NCBI RefSeq assembly: GCF_963921235.1
Contig: NC_086108.1
Coordinates: forward strand, 2,480,001-2,544,000
From: Mobula hypostoma
Lineage: Eukaryota
Reading direction: 5' to 3'
Length of the DNA: 64,000 bases
Shown: positions 36,414-49,184 of the stretch, in pieces
Layout: the number at the start of each line of letters is the position of its first letter
Position numbering within the stretch: the stretch's first letter is position 1
Notes under the pieces: generated by a model
The model's database searches: none
What the model was told of the DNA's origin: nothing
Seen by the model: the letters and a program-made list of their open reading frames with translations, nothing else
Translations under genes and position numbers: made by a program

Positions 36414-38416
36414 ATGACTGAACACGAAGAGCAATACCCCCAGAGTCTCCGGAGAGCGGGGGAGGATGAGAGACTCAACAGGATGGTCATACTGGCAATG
36501 GCCAGGACAGGAAACACGACCACGAGGAAACTAAAGCAAACAACACTGACCAAAGAGGAATTCACAGTAAGGTGTCATTGTGGGAAAGTCTGCAAAAACA
36601 TCAATCAGAGAGCTCAAGATACACGGGAGCAGGTCTAGATGTGGATCAATGGTGACCCAAGTGCAGCACATGAACTTAGTGTCCGGTGAGACGGAGGAGA
36701 ATTCCAGCCAGGAAGCACCCCACAGAGCTGAAGATCTCTCTGTACTTGAGTCGCCTCAGCACCAAACAACAGACCAAGTGAGTTCCTCTTCGGCTACCCC
36801 AATCCATTCGTCAAGGAAAGACGGGATCAAATGGCCTAGATCGTCAGACAACGTCGCCTGGATGCAGTTCAATGATGATCTAGACAGCATCCTGGAAGTT
36901 GCCTTAGCAGGTCCAGTACACAGAAAGGTCAACTCACTCACAGCCATAGCGTACAAACTCGCTAAGGAACGATTTGGCCCAATGGAGCAGAGAAGCCAGC
37001 CCGAGTTACCGCGGCAACCAAATAGGAGGGAAGCGGAGATTCGTTGCTTGAGAGGCGAATTAAAGGCGCTCAACAAGAGGTTTAAAACCAGCTCACCGGC
37101 CGAAAAAGAAGGTATCAAGGACATAACCAGTATGCTGCGGGAAAAGCTGTGCAAACTCCGGAGGGCGGAACATCTGCGACAGCAAAGAAGGAAGAAAGAG
37201 AACAGGCAAGTGCAGTTTGTGAGAGATCCATTCAGCTTCACCAGGACTCCTCTCGGCCAACAAAAATTTGGTATACTATTCAGCTTGAAGACAGAGGTAG
37301 AGGAGTTCCTGCGGGAGGCACACAGCGATCCACGGAGCGGTCAGGGAGTAGGAACCAATCGGCCTGTGCGTAGACTGGAAAATCCATCAATTGAGCTGAA
37401 TGTGAAGGAGCCTACATGGCAGGAAATCCAGGACATCATCCGGAAAGCTAAAGCATCAGCTGCCCCAGGCCCAAGCGGCATACCTGATAAAGCCTAAAAC
37501 TTCGGAGGCTGTGGAAGATCATGAGAAAGAGCTGGGCCAAAGGTACTATTCCATCAAGTTGGTGTCGGAGAGCTGATCAGAGCTCGAAATTTTCAGATGA
37601 CTCAGAGTCGGACTGGGGTCGGGCATGGCAGGGAGAGTTTTTCTTCCTTCTCCCGTCTGTGTGAGAAGAGGGACATTTGAGAAACTTTGAACTTTACTGT
37701 GCTCATGGACTTCTTCATCAAGTTACGGTATTGTTGCACTGTTGTAACTATATGTTATAATTGTGTGGTTTTGTCAGTGTTTTTCAGTCGTGGTCTGTCC
37801 TGTGTTTTGTGATATCACACCGGAGGAAATATTGTATCATTTCTTAATGCATGCATTACTAAATGACAATAAAAGAGGACTACGTGTCTTCATAATCTAA
37901 ATTGGCAGAGGGATGCTTTATTCCAAAAGAAGAGGATTCTTCCACAATTGCCCAGATTAGGACAATTTCTCTCCTGGATGTGGAACATAAGATTTTCTTT
38001 TCTGTGCTCACAAGGAGGCTGATTTCTTACATGACGCAGAACTGCTATATCAACACATCCATCCAGAAAGGCGGTATTCCAGGCCTTTCAGGGTGTCTGG
38101 AACACACCTCAATGATTAGCCATTTGATCCGTGAGGCCAAGCAGAAAAAAGGCGACTTAACAGTTGTCTGGTTAGACCTCGCGAACACCTACGAGTCTAT
38201 TCCACATGACCTCATCCCAGAAGGATTCGACCACTACTACATCCCTGTGGCTATTCGAGACATGATCACCAGCTACCTAGGAGGATTCAAACTCAGATTT
38301 ACTGCAGCCCATTTCACAACTAGTTGGCAGGACCTCCAGAAGGGGATTCCAACAGGGTGCACCACCTCCCCCGTCCTATTTATTATGGGAATGAACCTCC
38401 TATTATCAGCAGCAGA
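36414..38416 (+). mobile_element. HERO-like retrotransposon, 5' half (N-terminal zinc finger to RT domains), lying downstream of its own 3' half
   Basis: ATG at 36414; CHCGKVCKN..LKIH zinc finger (frameshifted); KAKASAAPGPSGIP, FIPKEE, QIRTISLLDVE and QKGGIPGLSGCLEH. The last 312 bp (38105-38416) repeat 29144-29455. Confidence 0.9.
37563..37900 (+). mobile_element. Short retroposed 3'-tail insertion inside the HERO 5' half
   Basis: Ends ttcttaatgcatgcattactaaatgacaataaaagaggact...cataatctaa. Related copies at ~11590-11667 (+) and ~15118-15380 (-). It interrupts the HERO frame (IPSSW | LAEGCFIPKE). Confidence 0.7.
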
Positions 38417-39179
38417 TCTACTCCTCAGCTTTCTTTTTTCCAGTCCTGCCGAAGGGTTTCGGCCCAAAACGTCGACTACTCTTTTCCTTGATGCTGCCTG
38501 GCCTGTTGAGTTCCTCCAGCATTTTGTGTGTGATGCTCGGATTTCTGGTATCTGCATATTTTCTCGCTTGTGATAATAGACCTGATTCCAATTCTGATAT
38601 TAAACTTATTCTGATAGTGAAAAGTAGTGAAGTAATTTCAGAATCAGATTTAATACCACCGGCATATGTCGTGAAATTTGTTAAGTTTGTGGTAGCAGTA
38701 CAATGCAATGCATAATAATATAGAGAAAAATAATTGTAGTCAGCTCTGGATCACTTCATATGTCTACTAGTATGGTGCCAGATTCAGTGTGTGTTGGTAT
38801 TGGTCCTACTGTGATCATGATTATTTATTTGTGAAGAATCAGTGTTTGGATTAACACTTTGGAGCACATACTGAGTTTGTTTGTACATGTTAATTCACTT
38901 TCATTAATATTTATCACACCCCCTCTTGTAGAGTAGTGACTCAACTCTTGCGGACCCCACCCCCCCATCCCTCATTTTGATTTTATTGGCTGCTCTGCTT
39001 TGAACTGTGCCTTTTTATTGTTTTGCGGTTTAATTAGTGCAAAATACTGTGTGTGTGTGAATCTCAAGATGATTTGTAACAGAGCCAGATTAACTGGTTT
39101 ACAGTAAATTTCTCCCATTGCATTCTAGGATTGTGTGTGACTCTTTTCTATTAGAATATCCACTCCCTCACTGTTTTAT

Positions 39180-39435
39180 TTTTTTTATTGCGATATGACG
39201 TGGAACGGGCCTTCCAAGGTATGCCACTCAGGAACCCCGATTTCATCCTAACCCAATCGTGGGGCAATTATCCTGCCAACCAGCATGTCGTTGGACTGTG
39301 GGAGGAAGCCCAGAGGAAACCCACGTGGTCACGGAGAGAACATACAAACTCCTTTTACAGGCAGCAGCAGGAATTGAACCTAAGTCACCTGTACTGAAAA
39401 GTGTTGTGCTGACCACTATACTACCATGCCACCCT
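39180..39435 (-). mobile_element. V-SINE
   Basis: Reverse V-domain ggactgtgggagg..cccagaggaaacccacg and tRNA-like head. Confidence 0.75.
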
Positions 39436-39689
39436 GTAGCCACTCCCATTCCCATGTAAATTTATTTTCAAAAAATGCATCTAACACCTGATACTAACCG
39501 AAAAGGCTAAGATGGTGGCGTGCTCAGATACAGCAGCCTCTACGAGGTCAACCAAAGGCACTATTGTCTTTTTAAAATTTTTATTTGATTGCAAGACCCT
39601 GTTGGACATTAAGAACTTAAATGACAGCAGATCTACCAAATCAGTGAGCTGCTCGTTGGCAGAGAAACTGAAGGAGCTGGACTTACGAC

Positions 39690-42600
39690 CATGAGACATA
39701 GGAGCAGAATTAGGCCATTTAGCCCAGCAAGTCTGCTCCACCATTTAATCATGACTGATCCTTTTTTTTTTACCCTCCTCAGCCCTTTCCCCATAGCCTT
39801 TGAACTGTGGTCAATCTACACCCTATCAATCTCTGCTTTAAATACCTCCAGTGACCTGGCCTCCACAGCTGCCTATGTAACACACTTAAGCTCTATCTAG
39901 TTCTTTCAACATTCGATAGGTTTCAGTGAGATCCTCTGCATTCTTCTAAAATCCAGTGAGTACAAGTCCAAAGCTGCCAAAAGCTCCTCGTATCTTAACC
40001 CCTTCATTCCCGGAATCATCCCCATGAACCTCCTCTGGACTCTCCCAATGACGACATATCCTTTCTGAGAGATGGGGCCCAAAACTATTGACAATACTCC
40101 AAGTACGGCATGACTAGTGCCTTACAGTGAGAGTAAGAGTTCGGCACGGACTAGAAGGGCCGAGATGGCCTGGTTCCGTGCTGTAATTGTTATATGGTTA
40201 TATGGTTATAAAGTCTCAGCATTATCTCTTTGCTTTTATATTCTATTCCCCTTGAAATAAATGTTAACATTGCATTTGCCACCTTTACCACAGACTCAAC
40301 CTGTAAATTAACCTTCTGGGTGCCTTGCACAAGGACTCCTAAGTCCCTCTGCACCTCTGATGTTTGAACTTTCTCCCCATTTAGATAATAGTCTGTGCTA
40401 TTGTCCCTTTAGTGAAAATGTATTATCATACATTTCCCAACACTGTATTCCATCTGTCACTTTTTTTTGTCCATTCTTCCAATTTGCCTAAGTCCTGCTG
40501 CAATTGCATTGCTTCCTCAGCACTACCTACCCCTCCACCTATCTTCGTATCATCCACAAACTTTGCAACAAAGCCATCAATTGCATTAAACAAATCATTG
40601 ACAATGTGAAAAGTAGCAGTCCCAATACTGGCCCATGAGGAAAACTGCTAGTCACCGGCAGCCAACCAGAAAAGGCCCCTTTTATTCCCACTCGCTGTCT
40701 CCTGCCTGTCAACTATTCCGCTATCCGTGCCAATATCTTTCCTGTAATGCCATAGGGTTTTATCTTGTTAAGTAGTCTCATCTATGGAACCTTATCAAAC
40801 ATCTTCTGAAAATCCGAGTATATGACATCCACTGCCTCTCTTTTGTCCACCCTGCTTGTTGCTTCCTCAAAGAGCTCTAGCAGATTGTCAGGGAAAATTT
40901 TCCTTTACAGAAACCATGCTGACTTTGATTTAGTTTATCATTAGTCTCCAATTACCCCGAAACCTCATCTTTAATAATAGACTCCAACACTTTCCCAGCT
41001 AGTGAGGTTAGGCTAACTGGCCTATAATTTCCTTTCTTTGTCTTTCTCCCTTCTTAAAGTGTGGAGTGACATTTGCAATGTTCCAGTCCTCCGGAACCAT
41101 GCTAGAATCAAGTGATTCTTGAAAGATCATGGCCAAGGCATCTGTTATCTCTTCAGCAACCTCTCTGGACTCTGGAATGTAGTCTGTCTGGTCCAGATGA
41201 CTTATCCACCTTAAGACCTTTCAGTTTGCCTAGCACAGGGGTCCCCAACCTTTTTTGCACTGCGGACCGGTTTCATACTGACAATATTCTTGCGAACTGG
41301 CCGACTGGGGGGGAATGGTTGCCAACGGACAAGAGTAGCAATCAAATATATTGTTTACCCCAAGAAAGACTACAATGACCATGAAGCCTTGCACGGGCTC
41401 CAGTGCACATGCGTGAGCGTGCACGTGCCGATTTCTTTTCTGCAAATCGTTATTGGCGATTCTGTCTGGGGAGGGGGCTGTTAATCACGACCGGAATATA
41501 GGTGATGGGTGGCTAATACACTCAATTTCGTTTCTGAAAGGGTTTATCTAACGAATTTAATATTAAACACACAGCGCATATTTTCCTCGCATGAATATAG
41601 CGATGTCAATTATCAGGGGAGGACAGGGGAGCTTGAAGTAAGTGTTGAACGAACTTCCAGTAGAAGTGGTAAAGGCAGGTTCAATATTATCATTTAAAGT
41701 TAAACTGGACAGCTATATGGACAGGAGAGGAATGCAGGTTGGTGGGACGAGGTGAGTGTAGCGTTTGGCACGGACTAGAAGGGCAGGGATGTTCTATATC
41801 CATGCTGTAATTGTTATATGGTTATATAAGTCACTTCTAAGTTAATAGCATCATAACATTTTAAGTAATGTTTGGATATTAAACACACAGCACATGTTTT
41901 CCTCGTTATGAACATATAAAATTATTGCAACGCACCAATATCGCTGAATCAGTGGGAGCCCTGGGCTGAATACTTGTTTCCCTGCAACAAGACGGTCCTA
42001 TGGAGGGGTGATGGGAGACAGCGATACTCGAATGGGTTCCTTATGTCCAGTCTATTCCGCAACTTAGTTTTCGTTGCATTCATTGCAGGGTTATGTTGGA
42101 AATGGAAGCAATGTTTTCAGTGCTTCCGTGTCTATCTCAGGATATTTAGCCTTGACTTTGATCCGGAATGCCGGCAGAGATGTTATGTCAAACATACTTT
42201 TCAGCCTGGCCTGCTGCGTTCACCAGCAACTTTGATGTGTGATACTTTTCAGCCCGCCGTCATTGGCAAACTCAAGGAGTTGATCTCCTTCCCGCTCTGA
42301 CATGGATGACGCATGCGTAATAAGCTCGCGTGCATTCGAGCTCAACAATGGGCGTGACAGGGGATGAGGAAAGGTGCAGCTGACTCATATCACCAATCAT
42401 ATCGTTCCCTCGCGACCCGGTAGCACATGCCTTGTGGCCCAGTGGTTGGGGACCGCTGGCCTAGCAGTTCTACCTTTGTAATAGCAATGACGCTCACTCC
42501 TGCTTCCTGATACTCATGGACCTCTGGCACACTGCTAATGTCATCCACAGTGAAGACAAATGCAAAGTACCCATTAAGTTCATCTGCCATTTCTTTGTCC

Positions 42601-44600
42601 CCCATTACTACCTCACCAGCATCATTTTCTATTGGTCCAATATCAACTCTCATCTCCCTTTTACTCTTTATATAACTGAAAAGACTTTTAGTATCCCACT
42701 TAATATTGTTGGCTAGTCTGCCCTCATATTTCATCTTTTCCCTACTTGTAGCTTTTTCAGTGGCCTTTTGTTGGATTTTAAAAGTTTCCCAATCATCCAA
42801 CTTCCCCACCCACTTTTGCTCTGTAATTCCTTTTATTTCATTGTGATACTGATACATGTGACTTAACGTTTCTCCCTCTCAAATTGCAGCATGAATTTAA
42901 TCATATTGTGATCACTGACTCCTAAGAGGTCCTTCACATTAAGATCCCTAATAAGATCTGGGTTATTTCACAACACCCAGTCTAAGATAGCCTTTCCCTG
43001 AGTAGACTCAAATCACAAGCTGCTCTAAAAAACCATCTCTTAGCCATTCAAAATTCCCTCTCTTGCAATCCGACACTAACCTGATTTTCCCAATCCCCTT
43101 GCATATTGATGTCCCCCATTACATTACCCTTAGTACATAGCTTTTCCAGACCCCCATTGCAATCTCAATCCCACACCTTGGCTACCATTTGGAGGCCTGT
43201 ATATGATTCCCAAAATGGATATTTTACCCTTGCAGTTTTTTAACTCCATCCACAAAGATTCAACATTCTCTGACCCTATCCTTTCGATACAAAATATATC
43301 CTTTGATATTAAACTCCCAGCTATGGCCTTATTTCAGCCACAAGTTCGTCCACCTTATTCTGAATACTGTGTGCATTTAAATACAGCACCTTCGGTCCTG
43401 CATTCTTTGCCCTTTTGAATTTTGTCTCTGTGGTACAATTTAACTCTTTGCTCTGTCTGCATTTGTACCCAATCATTGGTTTGTCCTTCCTTACATTCAT
43501 GTTACACCCATCATCTACTTGTAAACCTGCTGCCTCATCCTCAGTTCTATCATCCTGGTTCCTATCCCCCTGACATATTAGTTTAAACCACTCCCAACAG
43601 CTCTAGTAAATCTGCCTGTAAAAATATTGGTCCCTCTTGGATTCCCTTTTGTACAGGCCCCAGAAGGGGTCCCAATTATCCAGGAATCTGAATCCCTGCC
43701 CCGTGCTCCAATCCTTCAGCCAAACATTTATCTGCCACCTTATTCTATTCCTGTCCTCACTGTCACGTGGCACAGGCAGCAATCCCGAGATTACTACCCT
43801 TGAGGTCCTGCTTCTCAGCTTCCTTCCTAACTCCCTGTATTCTGTTTTCAGGACCTTCTCCCTTTTTCTACCACTGTCATTGGTACAAATATGTACCACC
43901 ACTTCTGGCTGCTCCCCCTCCCTTTTCAGGATATTGTGGACTTGTCCAGAAACATTATGGACCCGGGCACCTGGGAGGCAGACTGAAGAGGATGGCAACA
44001 GGATAGGGGACTCTATAGTCGAGGGACAGATGTGCTTTTCACGTCCACAGAATCGCCTATCTGTCCCCCTGACTATAGAATCCCCTATTCTGCTGCCATC
44101 CTCTTCAGGTCCCTACGGTTCTGAGCTACAGGGCCAGACTCAGTGCCAGAGGCATGGCTGCTGTTGCTTTCCCCAGATAGGTCTCCCCCACCGCCACAGT
44201 ACACAAAACGGAGTAATTGTTATTGAGGGGTATGGCCCACAGGGGTGCTCTCCACTATCTGATGTTCTCTCTTCCCTCTCCTGACAGTCACCCGTTTAAC
44301 CATCTCCTGTAGCCTTGGGGTGACTACCTCCCTGTAGCTCCTGTCTTTAACTGCTTCACTTTCCCTAACAAGTCAAAAGTCATCGAGCTGCAGCTCTAGT
44401 GCCCCAGCACGGTTTCTAAGGAGCTGTATCTCGATGCACCTGGTGCAGATGTGGCCATCGGGGATGCTAGGAGTCTCCTGGAAATCCCACATCTGACACC
44501 CAGAACAGAACACTGTAGACATGTCCCCTATTCTTTCTAGTGTTAAATAAGAAATAAGGAATGAGCCTACCTTCTTGCCTTGCCTCTGCCTGTTCTCGAC
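39690..44600 (-). mobile_element. Near full-length degenerate CR1 LINE (ORF1 zinc finger and esterase, ORF2), split by a hAT element and a short + strand CR1 tail (~40125-40210)
   Basis: CSGCQMWDF..HICTRC; VCLPGARV..VVVHICTND..ISGLLPVPR (esterase); KSLFSYIKSKR; RT fragments. Confidence 0.9.
41236..42458. mobile_element. Non-autonomous hAT (Charlie-like) DNA transposon
   Basis: TIRs caggggtccccaacc and ggttggggaccgctg. Perfect 8-bp TSD gcctagca (41228-35 and 42459-66). Confidence 0.9.
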
Positions 44601-45879
44601 GAAGCCTTGTTGAGCCAAAGCCTGACAACTCTGACTCAAGACTATTCTGACAATGACCGCTCCGCTAGGCAATGCTTCTTTTTAAAGAGACTGGGTTTTT
44701 AAAAATCTTCTCCAGACCTGTGCGGGAACGCTTCTGTTGCAACTTGGTGTAGACCTTGATGCTGTCTGTGACAGAAAGACATTGGTGCACAAAAGAGTGT
44801 GCAGTCTTAACCGCGAGTCACTTTTCTTGTGATCGCAGGACATTGGTAGTGTGGAATGTTGCAAGTCCCAATTCATTGGTTTATTGGTGAACGGCGGGAA
44901 AACTGCGGGCCATAGTCATACAGAGGACTAGCTGCAGTGTTGCCTTTTTGAAGCTGACCGAGGCAGGTGTCGGAGTCAGGGGCTTCACCGGAGTGCCGGA
45001 GGCAGTGTTGCGTGGCAAAATGCTGGAGTCAGTGCTGTATCTCCTCCATCCCCGCCCTGTGTTTGCTTGGCTGAAGACGAGTATGCTGTGTTCGACTGCA
45101 GACTGCTACAACATTCATAGTCTCAGGGACTTGGACTGTATCTACTGCTGTCTTGTGTGTGCTATATGTGCCTTGTGCTGTGTATGATTGTTGGTACTAT
45201 ATTTTGTACCTTGGCCCTGAAGTAACACTTGTTTCATTTGGCTGTATTCATGTATGGCTGAATGACAATTAAACCTGAACTTGAACTGCTACCCTTGGAT
45301 TCATTATCTTGCAGGCATTCACAGTAGGACAAAAACACAATACAATCGATGAAAAACTACATACAAAGACTAACAAGCAACCAATGTGCAAAAGAAGACA
45401 AATTGTTCAAATATATTAAAAATAAATAAATACTGAGAACTTGAGTTGTAGAGTTGTGATGTGGGACCTAAGGCTCCTGTACCTCCTTTCCAATGTTATT
45501 AGCGAGAAGGGAGCCTGGCCTGATTAGTGGGGATCCTTGATCGATTCTCCTTTCTTGTGGCAGCGCTCCTTGTAAATGTGCTCAATGGTGGGGAGGGCTT
45601 TTTTGTGATGAACTGGGCTATATCGCCACTTTCTGTAGCCTTTTCTAATCCTGGGTATTGGTGTTTCTGTACCAGAGCATGTACAACCAGTTAGGATACT
45701 ACTGATCAGTACACTGTATGTATCTGTTCTGTATGATCAGAATTACGTATTTATTTATGGAGAATCAGCACGGAAATGGCCTGGCTCGCTGGTAGTGTAA
45801 AGCGTTGTGCTAGCCACTACACTACTATGCCGTTAAGTACTCTCTAACCTCAGATTTCCATTTCTTGGTTCTGATGGTT

Positions 45880-46150
45880 GGCACGGTAGCATAGTGGTTA
45901 GCACAATGGTTTACTGTACGAGTGTCGCAAGTTCAGTTCCCGCTGCTGTCTGTAAGGAGTTTGTACGTTATCTGAGTAAACACGTGGGTTTCCTCCAGGT
46001 GCTCTGGTTTCCTCCCACAGTCCAAATGCATACTGATTGTTAGGTTAATTGGTCATTGTAAGTTTTTCCGTGATTAGTCTGGAGTTAAATCTGGGTGGCA
46101 TGGCTCAAAGGGCTGGAAGGATCTATTTCACACTGTATCTCAATAAATAA
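45880..46150 (+). mobile_element. V-SINE
   Basis: Head ggcacggtagcatagtggttagc, V-domain gtgggtttcctccaggtgctctggtttcctcccacagtccaaa, (aata)n tail. Confidence 0.8.
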
Positions 46151-46654
46151 AATAATATCACTCCCTCTTTTTCATCTGCCCATCATCCCTCACCTATCCC
46201 CCACCAACATTTGCTCCACTCCTCTCCCACCACTATTTTTATGTTTGCTATCTGCCCTCCTTCCATGCTGAAAGGTCTCAACTCAAACCCTGACTGTCCA
46301 TTTCCCTCCATCGATGCTGCCTGACCTTGCTGAGTTCATCCAACATTTTGTGTGTTGCACCAGACTGCAGCATCTGCAGTTTCCTGTATCTCCATTATTT
46401 CTCACTGGTCACAGGTAGCAGGTCGGAATAAGGCCCAAATATAAGATAAAGGAGGAAAGAAACTTGCATTTCTATTCCATTTTTCACATCCCTTTTTATT
46501 CCAAAACACTTCCCAGGGAGTAAATCACTTTTCCGTGTTGCTTCTCTTTGCTGCAATGTGACGAGCAGTAGCCTGCCTTTGCCCTGCAAAATTCCATAGT
46601 CTGGTGGTGATGACCTTTGAGGAACAGATATCAGCTCTGCCCTATGAAATCAAC

Positions 46655-48545
46655 CTCGTAGTTCGTGCACCCCGCATCTCCCGTTTCTACCTTCTACCCA
46701 AGATCCACAAACCCGCTTGTCCAGGTAGACCCATTGTTTCAGCTTGTTCCTGCCCCACTGAACTCATATCTGCATACCTCAACTCTGTTTTATTCCCCCT
46801 AGTTCAGTCCCTTCCTACCTACTTCTGTGACACTTCACAAGCTCTTTACCTTTTCAATGATTTCAAATTCCCTGGCCCCCATCATCTTGTTTTTAACTAT
46901 GGATGTACACATCCCTGTACACATTCATCCCTCACCAGGAAGGCCTCAACCCTCTCTGTTTTTTTCTGGACACCAGACCTAACCAGTTCCCCTCCACCAC
47001 CACTCTCCTCTGTCTAGTGGAACTTGTCGTCAATCTTAGTAATTTCTCCTTTGGCACCTCCCACTTCCTCAGACAAAAAGGTGTAGCCATGGGCATTCAC
47101 GTGGGTCCCAGCTATGCCTGCCTTTTTGTCGGCAATGTGGAACAGTCTATTTTCCAAACCTACACTAGTGGCTATCCCCCACTTTTCTTACACTACATTG
47201 ACGACTGCATTGGTGCTGCTTCCTGCACACATGCGGAACTCGTCAACTTCATCCATTTTGTCTCCAACTTCCACCCTGCCCTCAAATTTACCTGGTCCAT
47301 TTCCGACACTTTCCTCCCCTTTCTCAATCTCTCTGTCTCTTTCTCTGGAGACAACTTACCTACTGATATGTATTATAAACCCACGGACTCTCACAGCTAC
47401 CTGACTATCTCTTCCCACCCTGTTACTTGTATAAACACCACCCCCCTCTCTCAATTCCTCCACATTTGCTTTCAGAATGAGGCTTTTAATTCCAGAACGA
47501 AGGAGATGTCCACTTCCTTAAAAGAAAGAGGCTTCCCTTCCTCCACCATCAACACCTCTGTCATGCACATCTCTTCCATTTCGCGCACATCTGCTCGCAC
47601 CCCATCCTCCCACCACCCTAACAGGGATAGGGTTCCTCTTGTCCTCACCTACCACCCCACCAGTCTCTGCGTCCAACACGTAATTCTCCACAACATCTGC
47701 CATCTCCAACGGCGTCCCACCACCAAGCACCTTTCCCTCCCCCCACTATCTGCTTTCTGCAGGGATCGCTCCCTATGCAACTCCATTCTCCATTCATCCC
47801 TCCCCACTGAGCTGCTTTCTGGCACTTATCCTTGCAACTGGAACAAGTGCTACACCTCCTACCTCACTACCATTCAGGACCAGGTGAGGTGACACTTCAC
47901 CTGTGAGTCTTTTGGGGTCATATACTGTGTTGGTGCTCCCTGTGTGGCCTTCTGTATATCGGTGAGACCCAATGTATATTAGGAGACCACTTCGCCAAGC
48001 ACCTACACTCCGTCTACCAGAAAAAGCAGGATCTCCCAGTGGCCACCCAGTTTAATTCCACTTCCCATTTCTATTCTGATATGTCTATCCATGGCCTTCT
48101 CTACTGTCTCAATAAGACCACACTCAGGTTGGAGGAACAACACCTTATATTTTGTCTGGGTAGCCTCCAAAATGATGCCCCCCCACCCACCATTCCACAT
48201 CCCCTTTTCCCTCTCTCACCTTATCTCCTTGCCTGCCCATTGCCTTCCTCTGGTGCTCCTCCCCTTATTTCTTTCTTCTATGGCATTCTGTCCTCTCCTA
48301 TTAATTCCCCCATCTCCAGCCCAGTATCTCTTCTCACCAATCAGCTTTCCATCTCTTTATTTCACCCCTCCCCCCTCCTGGTTTCACCTATCACCTTGTG
48401 TTTCTCCCTTCCCTCCACCCAACTTTTGACTCTACTCCTCATTTTTTTTTCTTCAGTTGTGCTAAAGGGTCGGCCAGAAATGTCAACTGTAATCTTTTTC
48501 GTAGATGCTGCGTGGTCTACTGGGTTCCTCCAGCATTTTGTGTTT
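46655..48545 (+). mobile_element. Penelope-like element (RT, GIY-YIG, terminal repeat), 5'-truncated and degenerate
   Basis: FYLLPKIHK..PGRPIVS, SLYT.IP, GVAMG, YIDD and YYKPTDSHSYL (PLE RT), followed by the GIY-YIG region. Confidence 0.92.
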
Positions 48546-49184
48546 CATTAAATGTACACAGCTTCTGTGAGCAAGTGGAAGGGAAAGAGAAGTCTAACTA
48601 TTCCAAGTCCCCCATTCAGTGTTAATACTTAATGCCTGTTACGCCACTGGTATATAGGGCAGCATCTGGAGGTGTTCAGGGCTTCCTTCATCATGTCAGT
48701 AGTGTCCTCTCAGTCTTCACTGCTGTCAGTCATGCAAGTACCGGGTGGAGACTCAGGAATACCGTCGCACTCAGATGTAGAAGGATTCTTCATTGCTGTT
48801 TCTGTAACAGTTTTGTTTTACCAGTCAGGGTTGTTAGCTCTGAACTGAACTGCCTGAACCTGGACAACCAGTGGACCACTCTTAGTCTGGCCTTTACTCT
48901 TTGATCTCTTTGGCAGGTGACCTTACCAAGAGCTAACGCATAAAGCCCTGACTCCAGCCAACATAGCTCTTCGGGTCACTGAGGCACATAAGCCTCCAAA
49001 CCCAATGACGAGGAGGTCCTGTAGGAGGATTCAATGTTAATAACTCTGATAGTTCTTATTCATTTGGTTATGTGGATCCAGTAAGAATGCAGCCCACTGA
49101 ACCAATGGCTGACACCATGAAAGATTGATATTCGTTTAGACACAGATATGAACATGAGAGATGTGCATCATGTGCAGACAATGG

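Larger units (their letters stand above)
27633..38569. mobile_element. Fold-back Penelope-like element (minus arm 27633-~28640; plus arm ~28641-29143 and 38417-38569) that hosts the HERO-like insertion
   Basis: GIY-YIG-region sequence occurs in both orientations. The plus-arm tail resumes at 38417. A 16-bp TSD gtgataata(a/g)acctga lies at 27617-27632 and 38570-38585. Confidence 0.85.

Noticed and set aside
29144..38416. The 312-bp direct repeats as LTRs, or as an assembly duplication
   Set aside because: They are RT-coding sequence with no TG..CA ends, PBS, PPT or TSD. About 14 substitutions between the copies argue against an assembly artefact.
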